A stretch of DNA of 64,000 nucleotides, from the UHGV virus genome UHGV-0211740. The stretch is one strand, 5' to 3'. Made by a program: the position numbers and the translations under genes. This DNA is from a virus. How positions within the stretch are numbered: the first letter of the stretch is position 1; every line of letters begins with the position of its first letter. Positions 36,007 to 45,727 of the stretch are shown here, piece by piece. A model generated the notes under the pieces. The model was not told where the DNA came from. It was given only the letters and a program-made list of their open reading frames with translations, and did not search any database.

Positions 36007-38487
36007 ATGGCTGATATTAAAGTTGTCAGAATTGAATCTCTTCCTGCCACCACAGCAGTGGCAGAGGATGATTACCTGGTTGTTCAACAACCAGACCTGA
36101 CCCGTCGTGTAAAAATTGGCGATGTTGTCCATGTGGATGGGACTGTTTCTCATGTGATCTCCTTTAAGGAAGGTGGTAAGTTAAATGGCCCAATGGATTT
36201 TGCCTACTTCGAAGAGGAAGACCTCTACCTGCGTTGGAAGGGCGAATTCCCGCACACTGTTCCTGCACTGTCCTCACCATACTCTGATGGCGGTATTACT
36301 GATGCCACATGGATGGTATATACAGACCCTTCCTTAAGAGAGGAGCTGGAATCAACAATTGGCGCATCCATGATTATGACAGCCGAAGGGCAGTCTGTCC
36401 AGGATGTAATGGATGTTACAGTTAAGACAGCCAACGATGCTAAAGCGCTTGCACAGCGGGTGGATTTTGGCACTGTGCACACAGTGGGTGATGTTATTCA
36501 CCTGGATAATTTTGTTGGCCCTGCAGTTATTGAAGAGGGAAGAACCACCAACTATCCTTCTGAAGCCACTGGTGAAAAATTTCTGAACGGTGTGGTATCT
36601 CGTCGTGATACTACAACTGTTGATGGCATTTTCCGTGGCGCTACCTCTGGAGCTATGTACACCATTGCAGTAACCAACGGTGTCGCAACAACAAAAAGAA
36701 TAGCCCTTCGTGATGAATTTAAACGCCTGGAGGCAAGCAACCCAACAAGAACAGTTATCCGTGCTGGAGATGATTTAAACACGGCAGGGTACTTGCAGCT
36801 TGATGCAACAGGCCGTTGGGGTATGTGGAACCAACAAACAGCTTCGTGGCAACCTCTTGCTATAGAGCAAGGCGGTACAGGGGCCAGAGATGCCGCAGGT
36901 GCACGTATTAACTTAGGGGCTTTCTATAAGCAACGTGCAGCCCTTGAGCCAAATTTCAATATCAATAACTTGACTGGTAATCAGGATGGTGTATACTACC
37001 AGCCGATGACTGCTTATGCAACCGAGGCAAATGGTTACCCTGCAGGTTCTGGTGCTGGTCACTTGATTGTTTGGCAGAACAATGCTAACGGCGGTACAGG
37101 TTGTCGTCAGGAATACTACCCGTTCTCTAACGTGGATGTTTGGTATCTGAGAACCTACCAAGCCAACACAAACCAGTGGACTGCATGGCAGCCGATGGTC
37201 AGACCTCGTAACGATGATACCTTTAGAGCGCACATCGGTCTTGGTTCCAGAAATTCCCCTACCTTCGGGCACCTTTACCTGTCTCAAAGCTCTGCGGATG
37301 TTAAGTCAGCATCAGGTATTGTTCACGGAGACAAATACAGTGCTGACGGCGTTCTTGAGCATGGGTATAGAATTTACTCCGAGGTAAGAAACGACAATAA
37401 GGCTTGGTTGACAATCCACCTCCACAAAGGTGCAAAAGGGTCTGAAACTCATAGATATTTAGGCTTCCGTGAAGACGGTGTGTTAGATTGTCCTAAATAT
37501 ATGCAGGTTGGTGATCTGAACGGTCAGCTGGCAAACTGGGGACTTGGAGAATGGATCCGCAGTTCAGGAGCAGAAAGAGGTTTCTGGGGATCCAAGAAAG
37601 CCGCCAAGATGGTCATCTGGGATGGCGGTATGGATGAGCAAGGTGAAGGCACTCTGGAATGGGGTGTTTATAACAACCGCAAGGCTAAATGGGAACCTTT
37701 GCCGATAGGTTGCGGTGGCACCAGTGCTAGGACTGTGGGAGATGCCCAGGCACAATTCAGAATCCCTCTTGCAGCAGGTGTCAGACCATATATAAACCTG
37801 CCTAGAACTGCAGCGATGCAGGATGGCAAGTATTATCCGATTATTGTCAGAACAGATCCTAACCATGCGCCAACAATCGGGACAGATTTAACCATCGTTA
37901 CCAGATCTTCTTCTGGCAGCGATCCTATGAACTGTGCTACACTGCAGTGCCACTACAGAACTGGTGGCTGGACTGATCGTGGTGACTTCTTTACCGGGTC
38001 GATAAATTTCTACCAGAAGGAGAAGGCGATACTTGGGTGCGTTGCTCCAACAAGGGGTAAACAAGAGTATGTTGCGTTCTATGTAGAGGCACGTGCCTTC
38101 CCTGTAACAGTGTATGCCAGCGCTGACGTAATAGAGGTGTCAACAAGAGAGGCAGACTGGCAGGTTGGCAATGTAACAGACAACCAAGACGGTGTTAAAT
38201 TCTGTGCACCTCTAGCATCTGCTGACTTGAATCTAGCAATCAAAGGTGACAATGTAACAAACACTCGACCTCTGGCTGAATTTAATGGTGTAACAGGTTT
38301 CTACACCAATCAGTGGATGTATCGTGGGTCTTCTGACAGATATTTCCTGTCCAATAAAACAGAGTTTGGCCTGACAGAGTTATGGTGCAACGGTCTTAAC
38401 TACATCTGCCCAGGTAGTCAGACTACTCGAAAAGCACTGTTCTCTAACGCAGGGTTCCAGGCTGATAGGAAAGAACAGAGGATCTGA
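36007..38487 (+). CDS. side tail fibre protein, lambda Stf-like
   Basis: 826 aa from ATG 36007 (AGGAG RBS); segment YYPIIVRTD...SDPMNCATL...GGWTDRGDFFTG...YQKEKAILG matches the conserved lambda Stf region from memory (YYPVVVMRS...GDPMNNCEF...GGWTDRG...NNERAILG). Confidence 0.6.
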   Translation: MADIKVVRIESLPATTAVAEDDYLVVQQPDLTRRVKIGDVVHVDGTVSHVISFKEGGKLNGPMDFAYFEEEDLYLRWKGEFPHTVPALSSPYSDGGITDATWMVYTDPSLREELESTIGASMIMTAEGQSVQDVMDVTVKTANDAKALAQRVDFGTVHTVGDVIHLDNFVGPAVIEEGRTTNYPSEATGEKFLNGVVSRRDTTTVDGIFRGATSGAMYTIAVTNGVATTKRIALRDEFKRLEASNPTRTVIRAGDDLNTAGYLQLDATGRWGMWNQQTASWQPLAIEQGGTGARDAAGARINLGAFYKQRAALEPNFNINNLTGNQDGVYYQPMTAYATEANGYPAGSGAGHLIVWQNNANGGTGCRQEYYPFSNVDVWYLRTYQANTNQWTAWQPMVRPRNDDTFRAHIGLGSRNSPTFGHLYLSQSSADVKSASGIVHGDKYSADGVLEHGYRIYSEVRNDNKAWLTIHLHKGAKGSETHRYLGFREDGVLDCPKYMQVGDLNGQLANWGLGEWIRSSGAERGFWGSKKAAKMVIWDGGMDEQGEGTLEWGVYNNRKAKWEPLPIGCGGTSARTVGDAQAQFRIPLAAGVRPYINLPRTAAMQDGKYYPIIVRTDPNHAPTIGTDLTIVTRSSSGSDPMNCATLQCHYRTGGWTDRGDFFTGSINFYQKEKAILGCVAPTRGKQEYVAFYVEARAFPVTVYASADVIEVSTREADWQVGNVTDNQDGVKFCAPLASADLNLAIKGDNVTNTRPLAEFNGVTGFYTNQWMYRGSSDRYFLSNKTEFGLTELWCNGLNYICPGSQTTRKALFSNAGFQADRKEQRI

Positions 38488-39806
38488 TCAACAACACCTT
38501 TACCTCTAAATGTGGCAATGGTGCCGCGCTGAAAGGTCAGGCAGAGTTCAGATCTACTCCAGAGGCTGGTCAGGTTATTGTTCGTGATGTTGTAGGCACA
38601 GCCCATAGATTCTACAATTTCAACAAAGATGGCACTTTCTCAGCCCCTGGTGGTTTTGTATGCCACACGGGTGGTGACTGGAACAACCAGTTTGGGCCTA
38701 ACAACCCGTCAAAAATAATGGCTGGTAATGTCAATGGGCCTGAGGGTTCGATGGTCGTTGGTGGATTGTCTGTGGCGTTTTCTGGAAACTATGCTTTCCA
38801 AATGGCTGGTCGCCTTGATCGATTATACACCAGGTCTATCGAGGGAGGTAACCATAGGGCGTGGAACAAAGTCATACAACACAGAGGCCAGGGTCTGGGG
38901 ACAGACGATCTTAATAGCTATGATGGAACTCGTGACGGTATCTATCATCAGGGTGCAAATTCTGACGCACTCACATCCCGTCATTATCCTGCTCCGTACG
39001 CTGGTACGCTGATTGTTTATCAGAACACTGCTAACCAGTTGACAGGGTGTGTGCAGGAGTATATAACCTATTTTGGTGACAGGTATACTCGTGCTGGCAA
39101 CACGAATGGTGAAGATTTTGTTTGGGAAGAGTGGAGACACGATGCGGGTAAGGGAATCCAGTTAAGACCTAATTACACTTTTGGTGAAACCAGTAATCAA
39201 CTGGAAATTCATGTCGGTGCTAATGGTCTTCCCTCCAACGCAGATGGCTTACCTAAGAATGATGCTGTACTCCATTATTGGGGTAACGGCAGCACAGGGG
39301 ATCGTCCAAACGTGTTAGAGTTTAAGGTTCGTGACGAGTCTCAAGCAAATTGGGTATGGCATTGCGGTACCTTGCCAGATAACTCAAGATATCTTTCTGT
39401 AAATGGTGCTGTGAATTGCACATCTGTCAATCAGAGTTCTGACAGAGACCTGAAAGATAACATATCTGTTATTCCTGATGCGTTAGAAGCTATCCGGAAG
39501 ATGAAGGGTTATACTTACACTCTTAAAGAGAACGGTATGCCTTATGCAGGTGTTATAGCACAAGAGGTGCTTGAAGCGCTGCCGGAAGCAGTTAGCTCTT
39601 TCGTGCAAAGAAAGGAAATCCCAAACCCTGATCAAGATGGAACTCCTTTGATAACAGAGGAAAGATTCTACAGCGTGGATTACGCAGCCGTAACAGGCTT
39701 GCTTGTCCAGGTTTGCAGGGAACAGGATGATAAAATAACCGCCCTTGAGGAGCAGGTTAAAAAATTGACAGAGGTTGTTACTGGGTTGCAAGAGAAATTG
39801 AAGTAA
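38469..39806 (+). CDS. tail fibre C-terminal segment with S74-type intramolecular chaperone domain (no own start codon upstream of 38718)
   Basis: Frame open from 38469; protein-like sequence with no ATG/GTG/TTG until 38718; C-terminus SDRDLKDNISVIPDALEAIRKMKGYTYTLKENGMPYAGVIAQEVLEALPEAV fits the fibre auto-chaperone signature; contains a repeat of the GTLIVYQN.AN..TGC.QEY domain also present in the 36007 protein. Confidence 0.55.
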   Translation, partial: ERTEDLINNTFTSKCGNGAALKGQAEFRSTPEAGQVIVRDVVGTAHRFYNFNKDGTFSAPGGFVCHTGGDWNNQFGPNNPSKIMAGNVNGPEGSMVVGGLSVAFSGNYAFQMAGRLDRLYTRSIEGGNHRAWNKVIQHRGQGLGTDDLNSYDGTRDGIYHQGANSDALTSRHYPAPYAGTLIVYQNTANQLTGCVQEYITYFGDRYTRAGNTNGEDFVWEEWRHDAGKGIQLRPNYTFGETSNQLEIHVGANGLPSNADGLPKNDAVLHYWGNGSTGDRPNVLEFKVRDESQANWVWHCGTLPDNSRYLSVNGAVNCTSVNQSSDRDLKDNISVIPDALEAIRKMKGYTYTLKENGMPYAGVIAQEVLEALPEAVSSFVQRKEIPNPDQDGTPLITEERFYSVDYAAVTGLLVQVCREQDDKITALEEQVKKLTEVVTGLQEKLK

Positions 39807-39813
39807 CTGTTTT

Positions 39814-39843
39814 GCCCTCGCTTCGGCGGGGGCTTTTTGTTTG
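39814..39843 (+). terminator. rho-independent terminator
   Basis: GCCCTCGC-TTCG-GCGGGGGC hairpin then TTTTTGTTTG. Confidence 0.65.
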
Positions 39844-39845
39844 TA

Positions 39846-39874
39846 TTGCGTATTAACTTAAAATCTGGTAAAAT
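39846..39874 (+). promoter_or_regulatory. promoter with conserved TGGTAAAATA extended -10
   Basis: TTGCGT (39846-39851), 17-nt spacer, TGGTAAAAT (39866-39874). Confidence 0.45.
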
Positions 39875-39905
39875 AACTATCATACTTGTTTAACCTGGAG
39901 GCACA

Positions 39906-40496
39906 ATGTTTTTATGGGAAAGGCCTAGATACCTTCCAGATATTAGATTAGAGTTGCTGGCAGATATTGTCACGTTTAAAAGCCCGTTTACAGGTAAAAC
40001 GCAAAAAGTAACCTATGCCACACCTAACTGGAAAGGCACTTTGACGGTTTCCAATATTAGCGAATCGCAGTTGCTTGAGCTCAAGAGTTTTGTTGACCAA
40101 GTTTACAAAGATGGGAATATCTTTCTTATCAAAACTTATGGTCATTCGGTGACAGCCAATGAGCCAATCGCTCTCGGACCGACTGGTAACGACGATTTTT
40201 TGAAGACGGTTGGTTGGGAGCCGAACAGGGATATAGCCAGAGCTGGGGATAAGATATCTGTTAATGATGAGTTGAAAGTGGTAACAGCTCCAGTACGTAG
40301 TGATGGTGTTGGGGCCGCTGTTATAAACATATCTCCAAGACTTAGGAAACCTATTGCAGCAGGGGATACTATGAAGATAATAACTCAATCCCCGAAGGGT
40401 AGGTTTCATATCAGAGATATTTATAAAATTAAGCAAAAAGTTGATGCTATGCAAAAAGGCGATAATATAGTTATCAATTTCTTTGAGGATTTCTAA
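39906..40496 (+). CDS. putative minor tail / tail-tip protein
   Basis: 196-aa ORF with GGAGG RBS; first of three small genes preceding the J-like gene. Confidence 0.4.
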   Translation: MFLWERPRYLPDIRLELLADIVTFKSPFTGKTQKVTYATPNWKGTLTVSNISESQLLELKSFVDQVYKDGNIFLIKTYGHSVTANEPIALGPTGNDDFLKTVGWEPNRDIARAGDKISVNDELKVVTAPVRSDGVGAAVINISPRLRKPIAAGDTMKIITQSPKGRFHIRDIYKIKQKVDAMQKGDNIVINFFEDF

Positions 40497-40497
40497 G

Positions 40498-41049
40498 ATG
40501 ATCAGAGCTCCATTAGATAATTTATTTATTGAAAATATAGAGCTTGATGGCGTTGAGATCTTAATTGCTGCAAAACTGGAGCTACCAACAGGAACTGTCA
40601 GGGTGTGCTCAGGCACTGGTGTTGTAGTAATTGAAGGGCAACATTTTATAGGTATAGGTGGATCAGCTACATTAACTGCTGTGTCGGAGAAAGATGCCAC
40701 CAACTTCGGATCTGTGGTAGCAACATTGAACGGGTTTGACCCTAAATATGTTGGTGATTTGTTGAAGACTGAGTATTCAGGTTGTCGTGCCACGTTATAC
40801 ATTACAGCCATGGAGAATGGTCTGCCAGTAACCACTAATGGCTTGTTTGACGGACTTATAACAGATATGGCTATTCAGACAGGAGAGAATAGTGCTCTAT
40901 CTATATCCATATCTTCAATCTTCAACAGCTGGCTAAGAGGGTTCCCTTATCGCTACACAGAAGAAAGTCATAGCTCAAGAAACGACAACGATAGATTTTT
41001 TAAATATGTGGATCAGGTGGCTAGTCGCCCGATCATTTGGGAGGTTTAA
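40498..41049 (+). CDS. putative minor tail / tail-tip protein
   Basis: 183 aa from ATG 40498; stop overlaps next start (TAATG). Confidence 0.4.
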   Translation: MIRAPLDNLFIENIELDGVEILIAAKLELPTGTVRVCSGTGVVVIEGQHFIGIGGSATLTAVSEKDATNFGSVVATLNGFDPKYVGDLLKTEYSGCRATLYITAMENGLPVTTNGLFDGLITDMAIQTGENSALSISISSIFNSWLRGFPYRYTEESHSSRNDNDRFFKYVDQVASRPIIWEV

Positions 41050-41477
41050 TGAGTATCATACATCCTCGTTTAGTAGACTGGCAAGAAAGATTGTTGAAGG
41101 TGTTTGACGAAGAGTCAGCCGTTCCGTTCGAGTGGGGATTTCACGATTGTTGCACTTTTGCAGCCAAGTGTGTTGATGCTCAGTATGGAACAGATATTCT
41201 CTCTAACTTCGAAGGCACGTACAAAACAGAACTGGAAAGTAAGAGATGGTGTATGTTACATTTCAAAACCACCAACTTGCCTACCATTTTTGATCTCTTT
41301 ATGACCAGACTGGATACTCCTAAACAGGTTCAGCGTGGAGATATTGTTATTTTCAAAGGTCTGAACGGACTTACCGCTGGCGTGTTTTGGAACAATCAGA
41401 TTTGGTCAAAAGGTGATAAAGGGGTCTTTATGTTTGACATGAAAGATTCTATCGTTGTTGATGTCTGGAGGTATTAA
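41049..41477 (+). CDS. putative tail-associated NlpC/P60-like peptidase
   Basis: 142 aa; candidate catalytic Cys context GFHDCCTFAAKCV resembles the G-x-D-C motif of NlpC/P60 peptidases; position directly upstream of the J-like gene. Confidence 0.4.
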   Translation: MSIIHPRLVDWQERLLKVFDEESAVPFEWGFHDCCTFAAKCVDAQYGTDILSNFEGTYKTELESKRWCMLHFKTTNLPTIFDLFMTRLDTPKQVQRGDIVIFKGLNGLTAGVFWNNQIWSKGDKGVFMFDMKDSIVVDVWRY

Positions 41478-44400
41478 TGCCAATTGCAATGATTGATAAC
41501 ATCGTTGCTTCTGCAAGATCTTCGAGCTATGACTGGAACGCATCCAAGGCGGCTCTGGCTGACAGTCTGAACACTGTTACCACCAGAACTCTGGATAAGA
41601 TTTTTGAGGGCAACAAATCTTACAGAGGCCAGCAAGATAGACAAAAGCTTCTCAGATCTTCAGCTGCACCTTGTTCTGTAGTGTATGGGAAGACACGCAC
41701 ATCGGGATTGCTTGCGTTTTTGGAGCAGGACAGGGACAGAACCCTCCATTGTGCCATTGTTCTTGCCAATCACCCTCTGGAAGGTGTAGAAGACATACTT
41801 ATCGACGGTAATCCTATTTCTTCATATGGAGATTTGGTATCGTGGGAGCTGCATAACGACAGAAAAACATCTGATCCTTTCATGGGGACACACTGCCCTT
41901 CGTGGTCACCAGACATGATAGGTAGAGGGATCAGTTGGCTGCGTGCCAGCTTCAAATTTGACCCTAACAAGTTTCCTTTTGGGTTGCCAAACGTTACACT
42001 CGTCAAGGTTGGTAAAAAATGCTATGATCCTCGCATCAGCAAAGAGGTGTATACCAATAACGCGGCCTTGGTGATTCTGGACTATTTAAGAACATACCTT
42101 AAATGTCCTGACGAAACCATCAACTGGGAGTCCTTCAAGGAAGCTGCCAACATATGTGACGAGGCTGTAAGAAACGCTGACGGAACCAGTGAGCGTCGTT
42201 ACACCATCAATGGTGAGTTCGACATGGATGAGGCTCCAGCAAGCATCATGGCAGAAATGCTGAAAGCCTGTGGTGCAGATCTTAGCTATGTGGCTGGTAA
42301 GTATGGATTGCTGGTTGGGGCCTATTATGGACCAGCAACAATGACACTGGGTGAGGATTGTGTTTGTGGTGAAGTCAAGATCTATCCAGAAGCTTCCTTT
42401 GACAAAAGATCCAACACAATAACTGGTAGATTCACCAGTCCTGCCAAAGGATACTCTGAAACAGATTTCCCATCAGTGTTTGTTCCAGAGTGGATAGAGA
42501 AGGATGGGGAAAGAAAGATAATCGATATAGATTATCGTTTTGTCACCAGTCCTTATCAGGCCCAGCGTGTTTCCGCGATATTCTTAAGACGTGCCAGAGC
42601 TGGTAGGATTATTGAAGTCACGTGCAATATGCGTGGTTTTAAATTTAAGCCTGGACGCTACGTCACAATGAACCTCCCAAGTATTGGCATAGTAGGCCAA
42701 GAGATGAGAGTTCTTGAGTGGGAGTTCACTAAAAAGGGCGGTGTTAAGGTAAAACTTCGTCAAGATGCGAAAGAGTGGAATGATGCCACAGGTCAACTTC
42801 CTGACTCTGGTGATGTAGATATTCCTGTGTCCCCATCTGGTGTGGCTCAACCGCAAAACTTCAGATTCTCTGTTCTTCAAGCTGGAGAAGTAACTCATGG
42901 TGTTTTAGCTTGGGACAACGTTGGGACTTACGCTCAAAACATTGTGCAGGTCAGGAAAAATGGAGAGATTGTCTGGACAGCACAGACAGTTGAGCAGTTT
43001 GTCCGTGTTGAAGGTCTGACTAAAGGGTCTTACACAGCCACTGTTGTTGCAACATCTTATAAAGGCGGTGTATCTCCAGAAGCGTACTGTGAGTTTAACA
43101 TTCAGGCACCTGAGGCTCCGGTTTCTGTAGAAGTTAAGCAGGGATATTTTGCTATCACCTTAATTCCGCACAGCAGGGATTTAGCAAGTGTCAGCACCCA
43201 GTATGACTTTTGGACATCCGGCATGACAAGGTTGCCTGACACTAGTGATGCAACCGTCACTTCAAAAGCTACTCGCATGGGTGTTGGTTCAACTTGGACA
43301 TCTGAAGGTCTGCAGAACGATAAGGTTTATTATTGGTATATTCGAACCACAAACGCTTTTGGTAGTTCTCAGTTTGTAGAGTGTGCTGCACGCTGCTATA
43401 CCTCTATTGAAGATTTGATGCCTCAGATAGATGCTGAATTTAAAAAGACAGAGACTTATAAAGAGTTGATGAGCACTTTAGATTCTTCTATCGAAGAGGT
43501 TGAAAATCGGGTCACAGAACTTAACAAGTACATGGATGGTAGAGTTGATGAAGCTTTTGATCACATGGAAAGTGAGTTCTCTAGAGTAGACAAGCTGTAT
43601 GCTCAGCTGGGAGATAGGGTAGGGGTATTCATCCAAGAAACCAGTGAAAACTTCCAAGATGTTAATGGAACGCTTACCGCTCTCGACCAGAAACTGGTAG
43701 CCACTCAGAACAAGTTTACAGATGATCTCTCTAAAGAAAGTGGCAAGCTAACCTCTCTGATCCAGACCACTAACAAAGCTACAACTGATCTTCTTAATAA
43801 GAAAACAGAAGCTTTGGACGAGAAGATTGTTTCGACCAGGGGCGAGTTGGAAGATGCTTTAGCACAGGAAAGCGCTGAGCTGAACTCTCTGATTGTATCT
43901 ACCAATAAAACGACTACAGATCTCCTTAATCAGAAAACCGAGGCACTGGACAATAAGCTGACGGCAACGAAAGGTGAGTTGACCAACAACTTGAATAATG
44001 AGAGTGCTAAACTGTCGTCGTTGATTGAGACAACCAACAAATCCACCACTGATCTTCTTAACAAGAAAACAGATGCGTTGGATGAAAAACTGGTTGCTGC
44101 ACAGGGTGAGCTAACTGAGCAGATTGGCGATGTTGAAAAAGGTTATCTGGCTGGAGATAAGAGCCTAGAAGGTAAGTTGAATACTCAGAGATCTGAGTTG
44201 GATGCAAGCATTCTGAGTACTAATCAGGCTACTGTGGATTTGCTGAATAGAACTTCTCAGACTCTTGACCAGAAGATTAGCCAGACTAACGCCACGGTAT
44301 CTAAAAACTACACCACTCTAGATGGCAAGATCAACACCACCAAATCTGATCTCAATACGTTGATCTCTACCACCAACAAGGCCACAACGGACCTGCTGAA

Positions 44401-45622
44401 TCAGAAAACTGCAGCCTTATCTGAACAATTAACCTCTGCTAAAGGGCAGATTACAACCAACACCAATAATATTACGGGGTTGGATAATAAGCTTACCCAA
44501 GCTAAGAAAGATTTGTCTGCAAATATTTCTGAAACTAATCAGGCCACTGTTGACCTGATTAACGGAACAGCGTCAGCTATTCGTCAAGAACTTGCTGTTG
44601 CTAAGCAGGAGATCATTGATGATGTTGGAGATGTGTCCGAGATCAGGGCTGCAGTAGCTACAACATCTAAGGCTGTAACCGACTTAGAGGGCAAAGTAAA
44701 CGCTCAGTGGGGCACAAAAATACAGGTAGACTCCGCAGGGAATAAATATGTTGCAGGTATCCAGTTGGGGATGGAAGGGTCTGGGGGCCAAGTTCAATCC
44801 TACTTCATGGTTAGTGCAAACAATTTTGCGGTATATAACCCTGGGAATGGAACAGCAACCCTTGCCTTTGCAATCAAGAACAACCAGGCGTTCTTGAAAG
44901 ATGCCTTCATAGAGAATGGCACAATCTCTTCAGCCAAGATTGCACAAGAGATTTCGTCAAACAACTACGATGGCAACGGGTACCACAAATACGGCTGGTA
45001 TATTAACAAGAATGGGCACGCCCAGTTTATGGATGTGTGGGTGAAAGGCAACATCAACGCTAGTGCAGGTAACTTCACAGGAGCAGTTAACGCCACCAGC
45101 GGTACCTTCCGTGGCGATGTTTATGCCAACAACGGTAGTTTTAGAGGTACCATAGACGCAACAGGTGGTACTTTCCGTGGGCGTGTAGAAGCTTCTGTTA
45201 TCCGTGCCAACCAGTTTGAAGGTGCAATTGTTGCACACAGGACCTATGGTGACTGTCCTCCGGTATATAACTCCCAGCAGAGGGTTTGCCGCTGGAAATG
45301 GAGATATGTGGATAACGTGCAAGGCCAAGGTAAGAACGTAACATTCTTCTTTAAACTGAACGGTACGCTCGCCAGCTCCCAGCTTAACGTTTGGATAGCC
45401 GGACATCAAATCCTTGCAGGTAAGAAGTACGGAAACGACAACAACGGCATGTGTGCGGTAGGGATAACGGGTCTAGGTGAACAGACCATAGACATTATCG
45501 TTGAAATTTACACACCATGGTCAACGTCAAGCGTGACAGGAGTTACAATATCTTGTCCTACTGTTGTGGTGAGCCGATCCAACTCAAGTTTCCAAGGCCC
45601 TTGGAACGAGTCTCACGACTAA
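41477..45622 (+). CDS. tail tip / central fibre protein, lambda J-like (host specificity protein family)
   Basis: 1381 aa; several blocks match lambda gpJ from memory (GYFAITLIPH, WYIRTTNAFGSSQFVE, KYVAGIQLGMEGSGGQVQSYFMVSANNFAVYNP...AFLKDAFI); central run of about ten degenerate repeats (TTNK.TTDLLN.KTEALD.KL). Confidence 0.75.
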   Translation: MPIAMIDNIVASARSSSYDWNASKAALADSLNTVTTRTLDKIFEGNKSYRGQQDRQKLLRSSAAPCSVVYGKTRTSGLLAFLEQDRDRTLHCAIVLANHPLEGVEDILIDGNPISSYGDLVSWELHNDRKTSDPFMGTHCPSWSPDMIGRGISWLRASFKFDPNKFPFGLPNVTLVKVGKKCYDPRISKEVYTNNAALVILDYLRTYLKCPDETINWESFKEAANICDEAVRNADGTSERRYTINGEFDMDEAPASIMAEMLKACGADLSYVAGKYGLLVGAYYGPATMTLGEDCVCGEVKIYPEASFDKRSNTITGRFTSPAKGYSETDFPSVFVPEWIEKDGERKIIDIDYRFVTSPYQAQRVSAIFLRRARAGRIIEVTCNMRGFKFKPGRYVTMNLPSIGIVGQEMRVLEWEFTKKGGVKVKLRQDAKEWNDATGQLPDSGDVDIPVSPSGVAQPQNFRFSVLQAGEVTHGVLAWDNVGTYAQNIVQVRKNGEIVWTAQTVEQFVRVEGLTKGSYTATVVATSYKGGVSPEAYCEFNIQAPEAPVSVEVKQGYFAITLIPHSRDLASVSTQYDFWTSGMTRLPDTSDATVTSKATRMGVGSTWTSEGLQNDKVYYWYIRTTNAFGSSQFVECAARCYTSIEDLMPQIDAEFKKTETYKELMSTLDSSIEEVENRVTELNKYMDGRVDEAFDHMESEFSRVDKLYAQLGDRVGVFIQETSENFQDVNGTLTALDQKLVATQNKFTDDLSKESGKLTSLIQTTNKATTDLLNKKTEALDEKIVSTRGELEDALAQESAELNSLIVSTNKTTTDLLNQKTEALDNKLTATKGELTNNLNNESAKLSSLIETTNKSTTDLLNKKTDALDEKLVAAQGELTEQIGDVEKGYLAGDKSLEGKLNTQRSELDASILSTNQATVDLLNRTSQTLDQKISQTNATVSKNYTTLDGKINTTKSDLNTLISTTNKATTDLLNQKTAALSEQLTSAKGQITTNTNNITGLDNKLTQAKKDLSANISETNQATVDLINGTASAIRQELAVAKQEIIDDVGDVSEIRAAVATTSKAVTDLEGKVNAQWGTKIQVDSAGNKYVAGIQLGMEGSGGQVQSYFMVSANNFAVYNPGNGTATLAFAIKNNQAFLKDAFIENGTISSAKIAQEISSNNYDGNGYHKYGWYINKNGHAQFMDVWVKGNINASAGNFTGAVNATSGTFRGDVYANNGSFRGTIDATGGTFRGRVEASVIRANQFEGAIVAHRTYGDCPPVYNSQQRVCRWKWRYVDNVQGQGKNVTFFFKLNGTLASSQLNVWIAGHQILAGKKYGNDNNGMCAVGITGLGEQTIDIIVEIYTPWSTSSVTGVTISCPTVVVSRSNSSFQGPWNESHD

Positions 45623-45630
45623 CCTTTAAA

Positions 45631-45656
45631 GCCCCGCTTCGGCGGGGTTTATTTTT
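45631..45656 (+). terminator. rho-independent terminator
   Basis: GCCCCGC-TTCG-GCGGGGT hairpin then TTTATTTTT. Confidence 0.65.
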
Positions 45657-45665
45657 ATGCTCAGA

Positions 45666-45694
45666 TTGACTATTGTTACAAAATTTGGTAAAAT
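45666..45694 (+). promoter_or_regulatory. promoter with conserved TGGTAAAATA extended -10
   Basis: TTGACT (45666-45671), 17-nt spacer, TGGTAAAAT (45686-45694). Confidence 0.5.
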
Positions 45695-45727
45695 ACCTTG
45701 TAGAGATTTTCATACCGGAGGAGTGAA

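Noticed and set aside
38440-38490. Canonical -1 slippery heptamer at the Stf-like fibre frame junction
   Set aside because: No X_XXY_YYZ heptamer in the 19-nt two-frame overlap (gat agg aaa gaa cag agg atc tga); a programmed shift is therefore unproven and a mutation or sequencing indel is equally likely.
39948-40835. 295-aa minus-strand ORF across the tail-tip genes
   Set aside because: Antisense to two tightly packed plus-strand genes with RBSs and overlapping stop/start signals; rejected as shadow ORF.
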